Virus record (IMG/VR): IMGVR_UViG_3300024283_000010
Coordinates: 1 to 64,000 of that record
DNA length: 64,000 nucleotides
Strand: one strand, 5' to 3'
Origin: a virus
Lineage: Duplodnaviria; Caudoviricetes
Shown: positions 59,601 to 64,000 of the stretch, piece by piece
How the letters are laid out: each line of letters starts with the position of its first letter
How positions within the stretch are numbered: the first letter of the stretch is position 1
Program-made: the position numbers and the translations under genes
The notes under the pieces: generated by a model
Told to the model about the DNA's origin: nothing
The model's input: only the letters and a program-made list of their open reading frames with translations
Database searches by the model: none

Positions 59601-60716
59601 ATGCCCAATGACACCTTAGACTTGTTAGAGCAAGCTGGCGTAATACAGAAACAACCAGACGCATCACAAACAGAAACAGTAAATACCCCTATACCCCCGG
59701 CAGAACCGTCAGCAGCGAGTGCTGAACCTGCCAAAGAAGCAGAACAGGCGCAAGCCCCACAATTTGACTTTGACGGAGAGTTGGTAAAGATTACCGATGG
59801 CAGAGTTAAGTCAAAAGAGGAACTTGCGGGCGTTTTAGAAAAGTACAGCCAGTTTGACGACTTTGAAAGCCGTTTACAGGCACTCGACAGCGAGAATACC
59901 GAACTAAAAGCCAAAGTAGCAACTGACCCGTTCGCAAATGATTTATCAAAAAAATTCAACGACCTGCTCAAAGGCGGCGCAAAACCCGAACAGGTAGATG
60001 CATTTCTGAAACTGAACAAGCATGACAGTTTTGAAAGTATGTCGGCTTATGATGTGAAGCTAATGGCACTACAAGTTAAAGAGGGACTGACAGAGAAAGA
60101 GGCTAAGGTTTACCTTGAGTCTTCTTATAAACTGAACCCCGACGAGCATGACGAAGATACTATTGCAAGAGAGCAAATCCGTCTTAAAGTAGATGCGAGA
60201 GGCGACCGGGAGTTCCTGACAGCCCATAAGGCACAGGTATCGCAAGCCCCCGCATCGGAATACGAACAACAGCAACAGATACAGGCACAAAAGCAGACAG
60301 AGCATATCGACAGGTTAGCACCGTTAGCCAAGAACGCTTTACAATCAATCTCTTTCTCGAACATCAATATCAACGGGAAATCAGATGACAAAGCAATCAC
60401 AGCCGACTTTACGCCGTCACAGGAAAGCATGTCTACATTACCTGATAAAGTAGCGCAGTTCATCAAATCTGAATGGGCAAATATACCCGCGAACGAAGAT
60501 GGCGCAAAGCGCATATCAGATTTTGCTAAAAGTATACTGATACTCGAAAATCATCAGGCATGGCAGCAACACGCTGTTAACGTGGCTGAAAAGAAGATAC
60601 GCGAGGAATACCACAACCCATCAGCCATACAAAGAGGCCAGGATAACACAGAACACGCAGGTAAATCAGACAGGGATAGTAGGGCAGCCGCTGTTAAGGA
60701 ATATTACAAACTTTAA
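59601..60716 (+). CDS. Head scaffold-like protein
   Basis: 371 aa, acidic, Pro/Ala-rich N-terminus, coiled coil, immediately before the capsid gene. Confidence 0.55.
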   Translation: MPNDTLDLLEQAGVIQKQPDASQTETVNTPIPPAEPSAASAEPAKEAEQAQAPQFDFDGELVKITDGRVKSKEELAGVLEKYSQFDDFESRLQALDSENTELKAKVATDPFANDLSKKFNDLLKGGAKPEQVDAFLKLNKHDSFESMSAYDVKLMALQVKEGLTEKEAKVYLESSYKLNPDEHDEDTIAREQIRLKVDARGDREFLTAHKAQVSQAPASEYEQQQQIQAQKQTEHIDRLAPLAKNALQSISFSNININGKSDDKAITADFTPSQESMSTLPDKVAQFIKSEWANIPANEDGAKRISDFAKSILILENHQAWQQHAVNVAEKKIREEYHNPSAIQRGQDNTEHAGKSDRDSRAAAVKEYYKL

Positions 60717-60728
60717 CAACTTAAAAAA

Positions 60729-62192
60729 ATGCCAGTAGCACCTTATAATTACTCAAATCAACCATCCACCGTGATGGGAACAACCTCGGAAGGTTTCGTA
60801 ACCGGACTTGGTTTACTTGCCGACATTCCGCAGGTACGTAAAGACCTCTTATCGAGGCATGGAATGGATAAAAATTGGTATACCATGCTCAAAGAAATGG
60901 GCTTGGGGCAACCACTTGAAGGCCCCGTGTATGCACACTGGGAAAAAGATTGGATCATCAATAACTTTTTGGTAGGTTCGGTTATTACCCCCTCTACAGG
61001 TGCGGGAACATCCGTAGTCGTAGCGATTGATACCGCTTCGATGTATACTACCACTGTTACAGGTTATGGCACTCAGTCATTTTCTTATCCTGCACAATGG
61101 GATATTATTAAATTAGTGGACAACAGCGAGGCGCAGATCATCCTTAAAGATGAAACAGTTACTCCTCACCGTTTGACCATTAAACCACGCCTTTCAACAA
61201 ACGATCTTTCAGGAAAACTTGTTGCAGGTGCCCGTTATTGGATTACCTCGAATGCTTTCGCAGAAGGTACATTAGGCGCAGACCCGAAAGAGCCACGCCT
61301 GTACCGTCAACAGAATAACACGCAGATTATCAAATCAGCGTATGGTATCACAGGGTCAGCCATGACAGACCGTATGCCTATCAAGGCTATAGGCGGTCAG
61401 GAAGGCAACTACATGATGATCGTAGGTTCTGAAGACACCGAAAAGCAGCAGATGGATAAAATATCCAAAGCGCTATGGTTCTCTGTACAGGGTGATAATA
61501 ACGTTACTCAGAACATGGCAGCAGCACAAAACCGTGTAGCGCCAGTAAGAACCACTCAGGGCTTGGATGACTATATCACTAACTCAGGCGGTAACCTATT
61601 GTCATACAGCTTCGGTAACTTCTCTATGACCGACTTTGACAATATTGGTACTATCCTTCAGCGCGAACGTGCCGGAACCAAGACCTTCTTGGCGCCAATG
61701 GCATACGGACTGCGCACTCAGGCTGACAATACGCTGAAAACGTACATGAACAACACCTGTTTCCAGTACGCGGCACAAAGCGGAAAGATCAAGTCTGATA
61801 TGTTCAGCTCATTCTCTGACCCTCAGGACTTCTTCCTGTGGCTGTCATTTGACGGTGTACACAAAGGTGGCTACAACTACCTGTTACGCACTCAGGAAGA
61901 ACTGAACGAGCAGATGGGTGCCGGTACAGAAGGGTACAACTGGGCAGGCGTAGGCTATGTTCTTCCAATCGACTTTGTACAAAGCAAATTCGACAAGGAC
62001 GCCACTGCTTCAGTAGGGTATCGTTACAAATCATTAGGCGGTTACAACCGTGAAATGGAACAGCACTATACAGGTGGTGCAGGTATTGACCCTGCTACAT
62101 CTTCAATAGATGCTAAGTTCCTTGACATCCGTTCTGAAATCGGTGCGGAAATGGCTTTAGCTAACTTAATGGTTAAACTAATAGGAATCTAA
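60729..62192 (+). CDS. Major capsid protein
   Basis: 487 aa; 'YAHWEKDW', 'NAFAEGT..ADP', 'QNNTQIIK....ITGS', 'RTTQGL...I'; followed by a strong terminator; after terminase/portal/scaffold. Confidence 0.85.
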   Translation: MPVAPYNYSNQPSTVMGTTSEGFVTGLGLLADIPQVRKDLLSRHGMDKNWYTMLKEMGLGQPLEGPVYAHWEKDWIINNFLVGSVITPSTGAGTSVVVAIDTASMYTTTVTGYGTQSFSYPAQWDIIKLVDNSEAQIILKDETVTPHRLTIKPRLSTNDLSGKLVAGARYWITSNAFAEGTLGADPKEPRLYRQQNNTQIIKSAYGITGSAMTDRMPIKAIGGQEGNYMMIVGSEDTEKQQMDKISKALWFSVQGDNNVTQNMAAAQNRVAPVRTTQGLDDYITNSGGNLLSYSFGNFSMTDFDNIGTILQRERAGTKTFLAPMAYGLRTQADNTLKTYMNNTCFQYAAQSGKIKSDMFSSFSDPQDFFLWLSFDGVHKGGYNYLLRTQEELNEQMGAGTEGYNWAGVGYVLPIDFVQSKFDKDATASVGYRYKSLGGYNREMEQHYTGGAGIDPATSSIDAKFLDIRSEIGAEMALANLMVKLIGI

Positions 62193-62198
62193 AATTAT

Positions 62199-62223
62199 AG
62201 GGGGTGTAAAAGCCCCCTTATTT
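62199..62223 (+). terminator. Intrinsic terminator after capsid gene
   Basis: AGGGGG-TGTAAAAG-CCCCCT-TATTT. Confidence 0.75.
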
Positions 62224-62242
62224 AAACACTTAAACACATAGC

Positions 62243-63349
62243 ATGGCTCTTTACATTGATAATGAGGTAGTTAATAAAACAAAACTTTTTGAACTGCTTA
62301 ACGTACCCAAAAATTCAATCCCTTCACCGAGGGAAAAACGCTTTCAGTTTCCTTCACGGACAGACCAAGACGGTAACAGGCGTCACTTAGGTCGTCTTTT
62401 GTGTAATGAATACGCTGTATATGTACCTTCCTTAAACCGGGATGTACGTGTAAGATGGGCAAACTCACAAAAGAAAGATAAAGACGGAAACTTTGAATAT
62501 TTCCCTTCGGATAACGAGATAAAAGCAGGGGAAGGTGGCGAAGTAGTAGTGAATGACGATATGGCCTATCTTTTCTGGTATATCAACCCGATGAACAGAC
62601 AAAGCCCGTTCAGGAAGCCGCAAGCACCCGTTATCTATGAGTTCCTTGACAACGATCACTTGGCTAAGGTGTCTAACGATAAGGACGAAACACGCATTAT
62701 AGCGATGTCTATCGTGTTAGGTAACAACGCATGGCCTATAGAACGCCTGCGTACCTTAGCAAAGGGGATGGGTATCGGTGGTGTAGACCAGATGACAGCA
62801 GAAGTGGTTAAGAACCAGTTAAAAGAACGTGCTTACAAAGACCCTGTTACCTTTATCAATCAGGCAGAAAGCAGGGAAGTAGCCTTTGCAGGCAAGATAC
62901 AGGAAGCTATAGACCGTCATATTATCCAACTACGCACCGTAAACGGTATGCAGCGTTGGTATTTGAATAACAACGAAATTATCCCCGTTCAATATGGTAT
63001 TGATGCCCGTAAGATACTTGACGACCATTTATCAGCTAAGTGGTATATGTATTCAGACGAGATCAATCAGACACTGGAAGGCACTTCAATAGCTACCAAT
63101 TTGGCACATGCTGAAAATGACGAGCATTTTGAAGAAGCCCCCGTTGTAGAAACGATGTCAGAAGTAGACCCGGACGTGTTGCACGAATACAAGAAGCTAA
63201 AGGAAAATGAGTACAAGTTCGAAAAGGTAAAGAAATACGCGGAGATGGACTTGAACGACCCTAAACTGCATGTGCTTTCAAAAAAGGCAGCAGAGGGATT
63301 GATGGACGAAATCAACCTGTACAGGCAGGTAAATAATATCAAAATATAA
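62243..63349 (+). CDS. Virion morphogenesis-block protein after the capsid gene
   Basis: 368-aa ORF; position only. Confidence 0.55.
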   Translation: MALYIDNEVVNKTKLFELLNVPKNSIPSPREKRFQFPSRTDQDGNRRHLGRLLCNEYAVYVPSLNRDVRVRWANSQKKDKDGNFEYFPSDNEIKAGEGGEVVVNDDMAYLFWYINPMNRQSPFRKPQAPVIYEFLDNDHLAKVSNDKDETRIIAMSIVLGNNAWPIERLRTLAKGMGIGGVDQMTAEVVKNQLKERAYKDPVTFINQAESREVAFAGKIQEAIDRHIIQLRTVNGMQRWYLNNNEIIPVQYGIDARKILDDHLSAKWYMYSDEINQTLEGTSIATNLAHAENDEHFEEAPVVETMSEVDPDVLHEYKKLKENEYKFEKVKKYAEMDLNDPKLHVLSKKAAEGLMDEINLYRQVNNIKI

Positions 63350-63374
63350 ATTGGGTTTAGTTTTCATGTGGTTT

Positions 63375-63406
63375 AAATGGAGGTTTGGTTAGCCTCCATT
63401 TTTTTT
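63375..63406 (+). terminator. Intrinsic terminator
   Basis: AAATGGAGG / CCTCCATTT stem + T-run. Confidence 0.8.
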
Positions 63407-63444
63407 ATATAATATATTCTTTATTTCATATATTTGGTAACAGG

Positions 63445-64000
63445 ATGATAGCTGTAAAATTCTTATGGGACAGGACTTCGGCATACATAGCCAAATACCA
63501 AAGTGGTACAGATATTGTCGCCTACTTTAATTCTGCTTTATCCGAAGTGCAAAGTGAGATTTTTAACGACTTCAGTCCAATATATGATGAGAGTGAAAAA
63601 GTTAAGTCGCTACTTGATTTTTGGGTTCGCCCACAGACAGGTACATCTAATGCAGACGGCACGGTAGGAATAGGCACAGCGCCAGAAGTAGTAGCACGTC
63701 CTTTAGGAGTAGGTTATGCCACAAGTCCAAGTTTAATCGAATTTGGCATACCATCGGTAGCTGAAAATGAACTGATGGCCATAGCAAGAATACCACAGCG
63801 CGCACCTAACGTAGCTAAGAAGAATGTTTACTACAGGTTTAATTCACCTTCTACAGCAAACTTTTATCCGGCACAGGCAATTCCTTATTCAATGTTTTAT
63901 CTCATCTATCCTTCACCTGCTTATATAGCATTTACATTCAGTGAAACGGATGACGAGGATATAATGACTTACGATGCAGCTAACAGTGTCGATTTGGCAT
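63445..64000 (+). CDS. Head-tail adaptor/ring-like protein, 3'-truncated
   Basis: Read manually: MIAVKFLWDRTSAYIAKYQSG...open to the window end; TATATTTG at 63429-63436 upstream. Confidence 0.5.
   Translation, partial: MIAVKFLWDRTSAYIAKYQSGTDIVAYFNSALSEVQSEIFNDFSPIYDESEKVKSLLDFWVRPQTGTSNADGTVGIGTAPEVVARPLGVGYATSPSLIEFGIPSVAENELMAIARIPQRAPNVAKKNVYYRFNSPSTANFYPAQAIPYSMFYLIYPSPAYIAFTFSETDDEDIMTYDAANSVDLA

Noticed and set aside
1-64000. Stop-codon reassignment as in some crAss-like phages
   Set aside because: Terminase, portal, capsid, DnaB and fibre ORFs are full length in the standard code, with no systematic fragmentation.
1-64000. Integrase, att sites or host-prophage boundary
   Set aside because: No tyrosine or serine recombinase motif is recognised and phage-type genes run end to end; lifestyle cannot be decided from this window.

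Overview
This 64-kb window is one contiguous stretch of a tailed dsDNA phage of Bacteroidota. Host-like DnaB, Sec signal peptides with Gln at +1, TAnnTTTG promoters and putative-Ig repeats suggest a Sphingobacteriaceae-like host. Layout, left to right: a 5'-truncated large virion/ejection-type protein and fibre-like genes (to 11 kb); membrane genes and a secreted beta-helix/Ig protein (11.7-15.9 kb); a self-contained leftward operon (15.85-17.4 kb); lysin and holin (19.1-20.0 kb); mostly leftward small early/recombination genes including tnpB, KTSC, RusA, an SSB-like gene and a tRNA-like RNA (20-40 kb); a strand switch at about 40.3 kb; lambdoid-type replication (initiator + DnaB); a glycosyltransferase/methyltransferase cluster; then terminase, portal, GroES, scaffold and major capsid, whose sizes and order recall crAss-like phages. 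The standout is the leftward operon: promoter, structured leader, a 188-aa RAMP/Cas7-like gene, a 147-aa wHTH-like gene, a non-coding GGY-NN pentamer array in exact 57-nt units, and a terminator. It looks like a phage-encoded RNA-guided system of the VIPR type (family recalled from recent reports, not verified by search). Next most notable are a 164-nt tRNA-Leu-like RNA whose anticodon arm is replaced by a pseudoknotted insert, and a tnpB with no IS left end sitting directly after a TTTAA. All family assignments come from motif recognition by eye; no database searches were run.
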